DNA of 42,025 nucleotides from positions 1 through 42,025 of IMG/VR virus record IMGVR_UViG_3300025168_000186; one strand, given 5' to 3'. How positions within the stretch are numbered: the stretch's first letter is position 1; every line of letters starts with the position of its first letter. Positions 19,482 through 27,819 of the stretch are shown piece after piece. The notes beneath the pieces were generated by a model. That model did not search any database, was not told where the DNA came from, and saw nothing but the letters and a program-made list of their open reading frames with translations. This stretch comes from a virus. Lineage: Duplodnaviria; Caudoviricetes. The translations under genes were made by a program, and so were the position numbers.

Positions 19482-21050
19482 CTATACAACTTTCTTAAAC
19501 AAATCATCAAATGCTGATGTAGTCGATGCTTGAAATTGTGGGGCTGGTGTATATTCACCTTTATACCTTACTTCAATATTAACTAAAACTTTACCACCAA
19601 GTGAAATAGTAAAGAATATTTTTGCAGCACCTTCTTCTCCTTTTGGAATTTCAAATGCTTGTGTTTTTGCTTCGTTCAACTGAACTTTTAACTTATCATT
19701 TGACATCAAATCACTTATTACACTAATTGTAGTATCAAGGTCTTTCATATCTGCAGTTCCTACTTCAATGGTGTCTTTCAATTTCTTACCAATACCAGTG
19801 TTCAACCAAAAATCAAATCTACCTTCCGATAACTCAGTAACAACATCGTCTATCGTTTGGTTATTAGGTACTAATGTCTTCATTTCAGTTCTAAATGCGA
19901 GGTCAAAGAAACCTTGCATAAACTTTTTACCATTTCTTGGAACGGCATCAGCAATAGTTTTATAAAAGTGGAATTCCTGACTTTCATTTGATTTAAGTGC
20001 GCTTGTTATAATAGATTTATTTGTTTTTCTAACTACACCGAAAAGTTTTTTCTCAGACATTTTCTTCAAGGCATCTTTTTCTTTTGATGTTTTTGCATTA
20101 TTTATCAAAACAGTTCTAAAGAAGTTCACCCTTGCGTCTTCAATAACTTTAAGTTCACCTTTATCTAAAATGTTTTTCAACATACTACTTTCGCCAGTTG
20201 CCGGTTTGTTAATCAAGGTTGGATTTGCCGAAGACGATTTGAGTTTCTTTTTCAAAGAGAAACCATAGTAATTATTATTGGAACCTTTTATTATAATATC
20301 CGATGGGTTGAAGTTTTTAAAACTTTTTGCAGAATCTTCTGGATTGAATATTTCAATATCCTTGTGCCATGATTGACCTGTCCAATATGCTTTAGTTGGT
20401 TTCGCACCTTTTTTCTTCATAGTTTCCAAAATCGCATTACTTGATGATATGCTTGGTGCTAAATCAATATAGTTCATGTTAATACCATCTTTTATTTGCG
20501 TTTCTTTACCTTCTTGTCCTTCAACTTCACCAACTTTACCCTCTACTAATGCAAGTATTTTATCACAATCCTCCAGTGGTATGTTTGGTTCGGAATAAAT
20601 TGTTCCTAATAATACCAATGCGGCAGTTAAGACTTCTTGTACATCAATAGTTGTTTTCAGTGATTTAAAGAATATATCAATAGTTTGTGGTTTATTATCT
20701 TTAACTAATCCAGAATTGCCAATTCCAATACGAATCTTTCCCATTGTACCTGAAGTTAGTTCTTTCCAATCCCCTCCACCATCAGATGTTTTGAAATAAT
20801 CCTCAACAAAACTAATAACCGATTTTTTCGCTTGTGGTCGTTCTGATGATTTCATTTCAGTAACTACAATCTTAGTAGATATACCAGAAATAGGAGCTTC
20901 TGAATAGTTTTTTGTAGGTTCATCAGGGTCAACAAAAGATGAATAACCTTGACTACTCAACCAAGAAATAAATGCGGTGTAAAATTGGTCGTTTGGTGTT
21001 AATTCGTCTGTTAATAAATTTTCATTTAAAAATTGTCTGTAATCTTTCAT
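19482..21050 (-). CDS. Leader-bearing 522-aa protein, putative PD-(D/E)XK-like nuclease
   Basis: Leader MKDYRQFLNE; QE...NPSDIIIK...GFSLKK resembles a restriction-endonuclease-like active site. Confidence 0.6.
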   Translation of the reverse strand: MKDYRQFLNENLLTDELTPNDQFYTAFISWLSSQGYSSFVDPDEPTKNYSEAPISGISTKIVVTEMKSSERPQAKKSVISFVEDYFKTSDGGGDWKELTSGTMGKIRIGIGNSGLVKDNKPQTIDIFFKSLKTTIDVQEVLTAALVLLGTIYSEPNIPLEDCDKILALVEGKVGEVEGQEGKETQIKDGINMNYIDLAPSISSSNAILETMKKKGAKPTKAYWTGQSWHKDIEIFNPEDSAKSFKNFNPSDIIIKGSNNNYYGFSLKKKLKSSSANPTLINKPATGESSMLKNILDKGELKVIEDARVNFFRTVLINNAKTSKEKDALKKMSEKKLFGVVRKTNKSIITSALKSNESQEFHFYKTIADAVPRNGKKFMQGFFDLAFRTEMKTLVPNNQTIDDVVTELSEGRFDFWLNTGIGKKLKDTIEVGTADMKDLDTTISVISDLMSNDKLKVQLNEAKTQAFEIPKGEEGAAKIFFTISLGGKVLVNIEVRYKGEYTPAPQFQASTTSAFDDLFKKVV

Positions 21051-21604
21051 TATCTAGGTACTTTTTTAATATCGTCTAGTGCTTCTACAACTGCCAATTC
21101 AACTAATCCTTTAGCTGATTCATTTTCTAATAATGCCATATTATCCATTACCGGGGTTTTAAACTTTATAGTTTCTATACCAGCAATATCTTTATCTATA
21201 ATTTTACCTTCTTCATCCACATTAATAGAAACAGAAGAACTGAATTCTACACTTATTGAATAAGTTTCATCTTTATAAGTTGTTTCGATTAAAGGGATTA
21301 TAGTAAAAGAATTATATTCTTCATCTAATATTTTTTCCGAAACATATTGTTTTACTGAACTTTTAAATGCATCTACAAATAATTCGTCTTCGAAAATTTT
21401 TATCAACTCTTCCTCCCCTTCTTCTTCCTCTTCTTCCTCTTCTTCAGCGTCATCTTCTTCAGCAGAATCATCTTTTTTCTTTTCGGGAAAAGTTCCCTTT
21501 TCAGTTTCTTCAGTTTCAACTTCTTCCTCTTCTTCAGCTTCGTTTATACCTAAACGTTCTAACAGTTTAGAATGTTGGTTAAAAAATTTTCTATAATCTT
21601 TCAT
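21050..21604 (-). CDS. Highly acidic protein with leader variant, possible prohead core protein
   Basis: MKDYRKFF...GINE followed by poly-Glu tracts. Confidence 0.65.
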   Translation of the reverse strand: MKDYRKFFNQHSKLLERLGINEAEEEEEVETEETEKGTFPEKKKDDSAEEDDAEEEEEEEEEGEEELIKIFEDELFVDAFKSSVKQYVSEKILDEEYNSFTIIPLIETTYKDETYSISVEFSSSVSINVDEEGKIIDKDIAGIETIKFKTPVMDNMALLENESAKGLVELAVVEALDDIKKVPR

Positions 21605-21651
21605 ATCAATTGTTTCGTTTTAATATTTAATACTTACTTTAAATATACACA

Positions 21652-21685
21652 AAAATTCTTAGAAAAACAAGTCCTAAGAATTTTT
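21652..21685. terminator. Probable terminator
   Basis: aaaattcttag...ctaagaatttt inverted repeat. Confidence 0.55.
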
Positions 21686-21687
21686 AT

Positions 21688-22215
21688 TTAAAAATTAGCG
21701 TTTTTATCTTGCTGTTGTTTTATTTCTTCTGGGTCTTCTTTAGATGCCCAAATTGTGCTTCTTGCTGTACTTTGTTCTTCGTAGGAACAATTCATAAATG
21801 TATTACTGAATTTCATTTTGCAATAATCATCTAATTCTTTTCTTTGGTCTGGACTTAAATCGTTATATACTGCAATTTTATCAGCATCTTCTGAACCAGA
21901 ATATCCACCAAATGCAATACTTTCTGCAACATATTCATCTGGTATTTCTATAAGACTGCTACGTATTAAAAATTCATCATCATCGTATCCAAATTTTTGA
22001 ATAAGTTTTTCTATTTTATCAGCACCTTTAGGTTTACCTATTGGTCCTGTATCAAGATGTGTTGGATTTACAAAAGATAAATCGTTACCATCTAATTCAA
22101 TATCTTCCATACCTAATTTAGAAAGTAATTTTGTTAATTCACTTATGAACTTTTTATCACTTAATGGGTCCTTGTATTCGTCATTTTCTGTTAAAAATGT
22201 TCTATAATTCTTCAT
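21688..22215 (-). CDS. Leader-bearing putative internal head protein
   Basis: Leader MKNYRTFLTE. Confidence 0.75.
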   Translation of the reverse strand: MKNYRTFLTENDEYKDPLSDKKFISELTKLLSKLGMEDIELDGNDLSFVNPTHLDTGPIGKPKGADKIEKLIQKFGYDDDEFLIRSSLIEIPDEYVAESIAFGGYSGSEDADKIAVYNDLSPDQRKELDDYCKMKFSNTFMNCSYEEQSTARSTIWASKEDPEEIKQQQDKNANF

Positions 22216-22495
22216 CTTTATTTTCTTTTTTGTTCTTTTTACCTATACCTTCAACTAATGTTCCAGCTCCTAATAATCCAGCTCCTGTTATAATTATAAA
22301 TTGTATTAAAGATTCAGCATTTGAATCTGAATAACCATCAAAAGATTTATATACATAATAAGTTGCTGCAATAAGAGACCACTTTATCATTAGTATTCCA
22401 CAAATTCGTTTACTACTTACTTTAGAATCTTTGTGAAAAGCGCCTGTATACCAATTCAAAAATCTTTTAAATATGTTTTCTTTATCTTTTGACAA
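22202..22495 (-). CDS. Two-TM membrane protein, holin-like
   Basis: SSKR motif, two hydrophobic helices, charged C-terminus. Confidence 0.55.
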   Translation of the reverse strand: MSKDKENIFKRFLNWYTGAFHKDSKVSSKRICGILMIKWSLIAATYYVYKSFDGYSDSNAESLIQFIIITGAGLLGAGTLVEGIGKKNKKENKDEEL

Positions 22496-22505
22496 TTTTA
22501 TTTAT

Positions 22506-23855
22506 TTATTTTTGAATAGGATTACCTTTGTTGGGTCCATGTTTATGAATATAATTAGAAGTTCCTGTTTTAAGTTTTCTTAATAGGTTTTTACGTTCTC
22601 TATCCAAAGGAATTATTTTACCTTCTTTTTTTCCTTTTTTGATATCATCAATTTCTTTTTCTAATTCTTTAAGTCTGTTAAATTCTTCTTGACCTAAACT
22701 TTCTATTTTTTCAAGAAAATTAACTTTAGCACTTTCTATTGTACCCGTTATTTTAGAATTTCTATCTCTAATTTTTACTCTATCATCGGAATCTGGGTCG
22801 GATAGTACATCATAAACCTTTGCCGCTTCAGCTTTACTATCGGCATATCCTTTTTTCCATTTTACTACATCGCCAGTTTGAATATTTGATTTCTTTTCGT
22901 TTAAAAATTCGTTTAACGCTTTCATAGTTCTATTTGATTTTTGTTCTTTTACATAAGGAAACATTGCATCTATTTTACCTCCGTTTAAATCGGATGCAAT
23001 TTTAGCTACTTGCTCAGGTTCAATTTTCGGCATATCCTTTCTTGCCGGTGCTCCTGCTGGCAGTTTCTTAGATTGAATTGCTTTCAGTCTTTTTTCAACT
23101 AAATCTTTTCCTAAAGTTTCATACCAAGCAATTGAAGCATCTTTGTTGTAATATTTTTTATTCATATTCTTACCCGTATAAACAGCATCTTCAATATCTT
23201 GAATAGTTGCTTTATAGATATTTGTGTCTCCACCTTTAGGTTCTACACCTCTTTCGTTTCCTAATGCATCACCAGCTTTTCTTAATACAGGAACTAAATC
23301 TCCTATTGTTAAGTTAGATTGCATACCTTGTACTTTTGCATTTGGATTTCCGAACATAGTTGCAGCCCATCTATGATGACCATCTAAAATATAATTATCT
23401 CTGGAGACCATTGCATTCAAATCACCACCAACTATATTGTTGATTGCCATATCTAATGCTTTACTTAAATAAATTGCATCTTGACTAGGTTTCAATGCTT
23501 TTGCCGGAATACTAAACCTTTTAGTTTCAATTACATCATCACTGAAATCACCATCTTTTTTACCGTTTTTGAAAAATTCATCATCTTTCATCGGACCATC
23601 ATTTGAAAACTTATTTGGGTCGATTTCTTTTGTTTTCAAGTCTTCGAAAATTTCTGAATAAGAAAATACTTCACCACCATATTCTTTGGCAGCTTTTTCT
23701 GCATCTTTTTTATCTTCAAAGGGAAGAGATATGTGTTTATTATCAGTGAATGATATTTTTTTCATACCATGATATGTAAGATATTTTTCTCCTTTTTTGA
23801 CACGAAAAGTGTCTTTGTATTTTGCTTCGTTTAAAAATTCGTTGAATGATTTCAT
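22506..23855 (-). CDS. Leader-bearing multidomain protein with a ParB/Srx-like domain and an internal second leader
   Basis: MKSFNEFLNE; LKPSQ...VSRDNYILDGHHRWAA; internal MKALNEFLNE at ATG 22925. Confidence 0.8.
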   Translation of the reverse strand: MKSFNEFLNEAKYKDTFRVKKGEKYLTYHGMKKISFTDNKHISLPFEDKKDAEKAAKEYGGEVFSYSEIFEDLKTKEIDPNKFSNDGPMKDDEFFKNGKKDGDFSDDVIETKRFSIPAKALKPSQDAIYLSKALDMAINNIVGGDLNAMVSRDNYILDGHHRWAATMFGNPNAKVQGMQSNLTIGDLVPVLRKAGDALGNERGVEPKGGDTNIYKATIQDIEDAVYTGKNMNKKYYNKDASIAWYETLGKDLVEKRLKAIQSKKLPAGAPARKDMPKIEPEQVAKIASDLNGGKIDAMFPYVKEQKSNRTMKALNEFLNEKKSNIQTGDVVKWKKGYADSKAEAAKVYDVLSDPDSDDRVKIRDRNSKITGTIESAKVNFLEKIESLGQEEFNRLKELEKEIDDIKKGKKEGKIIPLDRERKNLLRKLKTGTSNYIHKHGPNKGNPIQK

Positions 23856-23871
23856 AATATTAGTTTCTTTT

Positions 23872-24213
23872 CTAGTCGTAATCTCTTAATGTTATTTTCC
23901 AAGAACGAACTTGTCCTAAAGGCACACCTAATTCTTTAGATTTTTTTTTCATTTCTCTTTTAAAAACCATAAAAACTTTGTCTGCAAGTGCTCTTGCTTT
24001 ACCATCTTTTCCAAATAGTTCATTTGTTGTTTCTCTAACAACCTTTGCACTATTTTTCATTTTCTTGGTTTGTTTAATTCGTCTTTCACTTAATTCGTCT
24101 TCACTTTCAATGTCGTCTTCATCAGGAATATCTAAATCGACTGTAATTTCGATATCATTTTCGTCTTCATCGTTTTCTTCAGATTCATATAAAAATTCGT
24201 TTAATGATTTCAT
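23872..24213 (-). CDS. Leader-bearing acidic-then-basic protein, possible prohead core protein
   Basis: MKSLNEFLYE, acidic stretch ending in LSE, then a Lys/Arg-rich half. Confidence 0.7.
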   Translation of the reverse strand: MKSLNEFLYESEENDEDENDIEITVDLDIPDEDDIESEDELSERRIKQTKKMKNSAKVVRETTNELFGKDGKARALADKVFMVFKREMKKKSKELGVPLGQVRSWKITLRDYD

Positions 24214-24239
24214 AATTTATTTACTTTTTTATAATATAT

Positions 24240-24827
24240 TTAATCGTTGTCCGGGTCTTCTATATTATCATCTTCTTCTGTATCTAAATCTTGTAATAAT
24301 GCCTTTGCATTCGTATAAACTTTTGTTTCTTTATTTCCAGAAACATCAATACTATTGTCTAGTACTTGTGCCTGTGGCAATTCTCCTTGCATACGTCTAA
24401 ATTCTTCTTGCATCGAAATAACGTGCAGTTGAACATTCTTTAACATATCAATAATATTTCCTTGTAATTGACCAGCAACTTCAAACAATCTTGGATTCAT
24501 ATCTCCAGCATCAATTCCGTTGACAATCTTATCAACCATATGTTCTGCAATTTTTATTTGTCTAAAAAGAGTTTTTATATTAGATGTGGTCACTGCAGCT
24601 TTGGCTTGCATAAATTCATTTTGAGATAGAATTTTTGCATCGAAATAAAGTTTCATACAAGAAAGAACAATTTTCTGTGCTTTCATTTTTGTTTTATTGT
24701 CAACTTCTGCAATGTTTAAAGGTTCTATTGGGTCTATTTCTAATGCTGGAAATCCTACACCAGAATCTTGGTCGTTAATTAGACCGGCAATTTCATCTTT
24801 TAAATAATCTTTGTCTTTATCTTTCAT
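24240..24827 (-). CDS. terS: Terminase small subunit (T4 gp16-like)
   Basis: NPRLFEVAGQL resembles the gp16 PRAxEVxxxL motif; helical protein; terL is nearby. Confidence 0.7.
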   Translation of the reverse strand: MKDKDKDYLKDEIAGLINDQDSGVGFPALEIDPIEPLNIAEVDNKTKMKAQKIVLSCMKLYFDAKILSQNEFMQAKAAVTTSNIKTLFRQIKIAEHMVDKIVNGIDAGDMNPRLFEVAGQLQGNIIDMLKNVQLHVISMQEEFRRMQGELPQAQVLDNSIDVSGNKETKVYTNAKALLQDLDTEEDDNIEDPDND

Positions 24828-24868
24828 AATAAATAGTATCTACACTATTTAACAAAGACAAAAAACAC

Positions 24869-25279
24869 CTATATGTCGGTGTCCTTTATCTTTTCTATGA
24901 ATTCAAACATTTTTTCGTTAGATTCAAAATACTCTACATAATTATGAAAAAATGGTAAGAAATGGTCAGAATGTGTTTCTTTTATAACAACAAATGCTTT
25001 TTTTAATACCTCTCTACCAGCTCTAGGGTGTTTAAAGAAAAACAACTTTTCGTGCTCTTCTATGTATTTTTCTGAATGTCTTTCTGGAATTGACCAATGT
25101 ACAACCCATTCGTTAGTATTCGATGGATTGGATTCTAAATAAGGTTCTCCTTCAGGACCCCATCCTTCGGGCACTTCGGGTTTTAATACGTTGTCAGAAG
25201 TACGAATACTACTTACTTTATTAAAAAAATACCATTCAGCTGTTTCAACCAAATGGTAAGATAAGATTTCTTTTTTCAT
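24869..25279 (-). CDS. Hypothetical protein
   Basis: 136-aa ORF. Confidence 0.7.
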   Translation of the reverse strand: MKKEILSYHLVETAEWYFFNKVSSIRTSDNVLKPEVPEGWGPEGEPYLESNPSNTNEWVVHWSIPERHSEKYIEEHEKLFFFKHPRAGREVLKKAFVVIKETHSDHFLPFFHNYVEYFESNEKMFEFIEKIKDTDI

Positions 25280-25449
25280 TCTTCAAAGTTTAGTAACAAG
25301 GTCCAAATTGATAATGAACCTATCATATAAACACAAAGAAAATCTACATCTTGTAGATTAGTAAAAAATTGTTGCATTACGCATATCATAGCAAAAGCTG
25401 AAATTACTAATTGCGTTGTTCGTTTAAAGAATGTTTTTAATATAGTCAT
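25276..25449 (-). CDS. Small two-TM membrane protein (57 aa, below the ORF-track cutoff)
   Basis: MTILKTFFKRTTQLVISAFAMICVM...IWTLLLNFEE*; ATGA overlap with the downstream gene. Confidence 0.6.
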   Translation of the reverse strand: MTILKTFFKRTTQLVISAFAMICVMQQFFTNLQDVDFLCVYMIGSLSIWTLLLNFEE

Positions 25450-25460
25450 ATTTTTATATT

Positions 25461-25964
25461 TTAGTTAATACTCAATCCTACTACGATTCTTCTTGCCACT
25501 CTTAAAGTTTTGTAACGGCCATGTTTTACGATTTCAACATTCGAAGCTGAAGTTTTTATCGTTTCTCCAACATCGTTGATTCCGATTAAAGTTTCTGAAA
25601 TAACTCTACCGAATTTCTTGAATGCTCTAACTTCTTCGATTTTGAAAGTTTCATCTTTGAACTTTCTTACTCTTGGATTAGTAACCTTAACAACATCACC
25701 TTCTTCAAGGTTGAAACTTCCTAATCTTCTTGGAACTTCGTTGATTGCATATTCAGTTGCCAACTCTTCGTACTTTTCAACTTCTTTAAGGTCTGACCTT
25801 ACATCATCATATTCATGTGGAAATTCTACTGAACCACCAAATCTGGTTGAACCCCAAATGTGCTTGATAACTTTTTTTTCTTTGGTATCTACGAACATCG
25901 TGTAGAAATCCGAATCGTTATAGTAATTATTTTCTCCTCCGTAGTATGCAATAAATCTTTTCAT
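25461..25964 (-). CDS. Hypothetical protein with a KOW/SH3-like C-terminal segment (probably early)
   Basis: Start moved to ATG 25964 (MKRFIAYY); LEEGDVVKVT motif. Confidence 0.7.
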   Translation of the reverse strand: MKRFIAYYGGENNYYNDSDFYTMFVDTKEKKVIKHIWGSTRFGGSVEFPHEYDDVRSDLKEVEKYEELATEYAINEVPRRLGSFNLEEGDVVKVTNPRVRKFKDETFKIEEVRAFKKFGRVISETLIGINDVGETIKTSASNVEIVKHGRYKTLRVARRIVVGLSIN

Positions 25965-25978
25965 AGTAGTAAATTTTA

Positions 25979-26020
25979 AGTTAAACGTTGATAACCTCAC
26001 CAACAATAACAAGATACGAA
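25979..26020 (-). promoter_or_regulatory. Repeated early-promoter plus stem-loop element, copy 3
   Basis: TATCTTG plus the GTTGGTGAGGTTATCAAC hairpin (25987-26004); upstream part overlaps a terminator-like hairpin at ~26022-26050. Confidence 0.7.
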
Positions 26021-26073
26021 AACGGTTCCATAGTTTTGTCATAGAACCGCCATAATTAGTTTGTTTTCAAAAA

Positions 26074-26259
26074 TTACAAATAAACTTCATAATCAGAATT
26101 CTCGTTGTAATTAATAAAATCTAACAACTCTTCTATTTGATGTGTTTTTTTACTAAACATTTGTTCGTCAATTTGTTCACCATCGTTGACTACTATAATG
26201 TTAAATTCATATCCTCTACTGAATTGTTTTCTTACGCTAGTTTCTTTGTAAATATCCAT
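26074..26259 (-). CDS. Hypothetical protein
   Basis: 61-aa ORF. Confidence 0.6.
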   Translation of the reverse strand: MDIYKETSVRKQFSRGYEFNIIVVNDGEQIDEQMFSKKTHQIEELLDFINYNENSDYEVYL

Positions 26260-26285
26260 ATTTATTGATTTTAGATTAGTAAATT

Positions 26286-26666
26286 TTAAAGTGTTGCAAT
26301 TGCTCTTCTTGGTAACTTGTAAGAAACTCCATCAGAAACTTTCGTTGCTATTATAGGAAACTTAGGACTTCTTGGTTTGAAACCAGTAAGTTCAAATTGA
26401 CTACCGTTGTAAGAAAACTTTTTCTTGAAATCTTTAGGTTCTAAACCGAACCTTTTACAAAAGTTACCGAATTCAACTTCTGCACCACTGATTCTTTTAC
26501 CAGTACTTGTTACAGTTTTTGTTACCTTTAGTTTAGAAGTAAAGGATTGGTCGGTATAAGATATGTTACCTATTCCTATTTCAACTTTGTATTGCTTTTC
26601 AAGTTTAGCAACTGCACTAGCGAAATCTGTTCTGAAACTGTTTAATTCTGTTCTTGTAAATGCCAT
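26286..26666 (-). CDS. Hypothetical protein (probably early)
   Basis: 126-aa ORF directly downstream of the promoter repeat. Confidence 0.75.
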   Translation of the reverse strand: MAFTRTELNSFRTDFASAVAKLEKQYKVEIGIGNISYTDQSFTSKLKVTKTVTSTGKRISGAEVEFGNFCKRFGLEPKDFKKKFSYNGSQFELTGFKPRSPKFPIIATKVSDGVSYKLPRRAIATL

Positions 26667-26680
26667 TTTTAGTAATTTTA

Positions 26681-26753
26681 AAAGTTAAACAATAAGTTGA
26701 TGACCTCATCAACAATTACAATATACCGAATCTATTTGACAATTGCAACTTTT
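26681..26753 (-). promoter_or_regulatory. Repeated early-promoter plus stem-loop element, copy 4
   Basis: aaagttaaacaataagttgatgacctcatcaacaattacaat is identical to 9896-9937. Confidence 0.75.
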
Positions 26754-26756
26754 AGA

Positions 26757-26891
26757 CTACTTATTTTCATTTATTTTTATTCTTAATTGAAATTCTTCAT
26801 AGGGAAGCCATTCGTCAGTTTCTATATTTCTGTATCCTGGATATCCTAAATATAGTGAATCATCTGGGCTTCTTTCGTAAACCCACAACAT
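26757..26891 (-). CDS. Small hypothetical protein (44 aa)
   Basis: MLWVYERSPDDSLYLGYPGY...; fills an intergenic gap. Confidence 0.45.
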   Translation of the reverse strand: MLWVYERSPDDSLYLGYPGYRNIETDEWLPYEEFQLRIKINENK

Positions 26892-26924
26892 TATATCTAT
26901 CAATTTTTTTACTTTTAAATGTAA

Positions 26925-27455
26925 TTAACTCTTTAACTTTTTATCTTGACCTCTTTTTCGAACTTCATCTGCCATATCTTTATCGGCTTTTCCCCAAGTT
27001 CCTGATGACTTAGTTAGAAAAGAACTTAATCTTGCATATCCCCATTGTTGTTGATTTGCACCGGGTCTGTGGCCAGTTTTCCAAGCTGCCATTCCTCTTT
27101 TCATAATAGTTCTTAGAATGTCTAAGTCAACTCCAGATTCTTCTTTTTTCTTTTTGAGTGCTTTTTCTATTGCAGCATCATCAATTTTACTACCATTAAG
27201 ACCTTCTGGTTTTTTATCTTCGTTTATAGATTCTTTCTTGTAAAGTTTGTTGTATTTCTTAGTATGTTTACTAGTTTTAACATCTCCATCTTCTCTTGCT
27301 TCCTCATCACCTGGTGCGTCTTTGTATGCACTATCAGAAGAATCTGATTTAGATGTTTGTTTTTTGAACAAGGCTTCTCTATCATCTTTATCGTCTTTAT
27401 CTACACCTTTGTAGTATTTCTTGGATTCCTTTAAAAAATATCTAAAACTTTTCAT
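26925..27455 (-). CDS. Leader-bearing DUF5824-like protein
   Basis: Leader MKSFRYFLKE; RGMAAWKTGHRPGANQQQWGYARL motif, recalled from viral DUF5824 proteins. Confidence 0.65.
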   Translation of the reverse strand: MKSFRYFLKESKKYYKGVDKDDKDDREALFKKQTSKSDSSDSAYKDAPGDEEAREDGDVKTSKHTKKYNKLYKKESINEDKKPEGLNGSKIDDAAIEKALKKKKEESGVDLDILRTIMKRGMAAWKTGHRPGANQQQWGYARLSSFLTKSSGTWGKADKDMADEVRKRGQDKKLKS

Positions 27456-27468
27456 ACACTATTTAATG

Positions 27469-27765
27469 CTAACGATACGGTTTCCAATCTTTAGATTTGA
27501 AAATAACATCTTTGAAAATATTGCCATGAACATTTTCTATATAAACTACAAATTCCATATCTTTTTTAGGAAGAGCTTCTTTGTAGTCATGTTGCCCTTT
27601 CCAATGTTCTACAAAATATTCAGCATCTTTGTGGTCATAGAAACCTAAAGTTTTTGTTTGAAGTTCCCAAACTGAACTATGATTTAAACTTTCAAATGCT
27701 GATTCTCTGATTTTTGCTTTTCCACCTGGAATAACAACTACTTTTGTTTTTATGTATTTTTCCAT
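27469..27765 (-). CDS. Hypothetical protein
   Basis: Likely start MEKYIKT, downstream of an AAAAGTTGCA...TATCTT promoter-like motif. Confidence 0.65.
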   Translation of the reverse strand: MEKYIKTKVVVIPGGKAKIRESAFESLNHSSVWELQTKTLGFYDHKDAEYFVEHWKGQHDYKEALPKKDMEFVVYIENVHGNIFKDVIFKSKDWKPYR

Positions 27766-27819
27766 ATAAAATATAAGATACACATAAATAATGACAATTG
27801 CAACTTTTTTGAAAAATAA

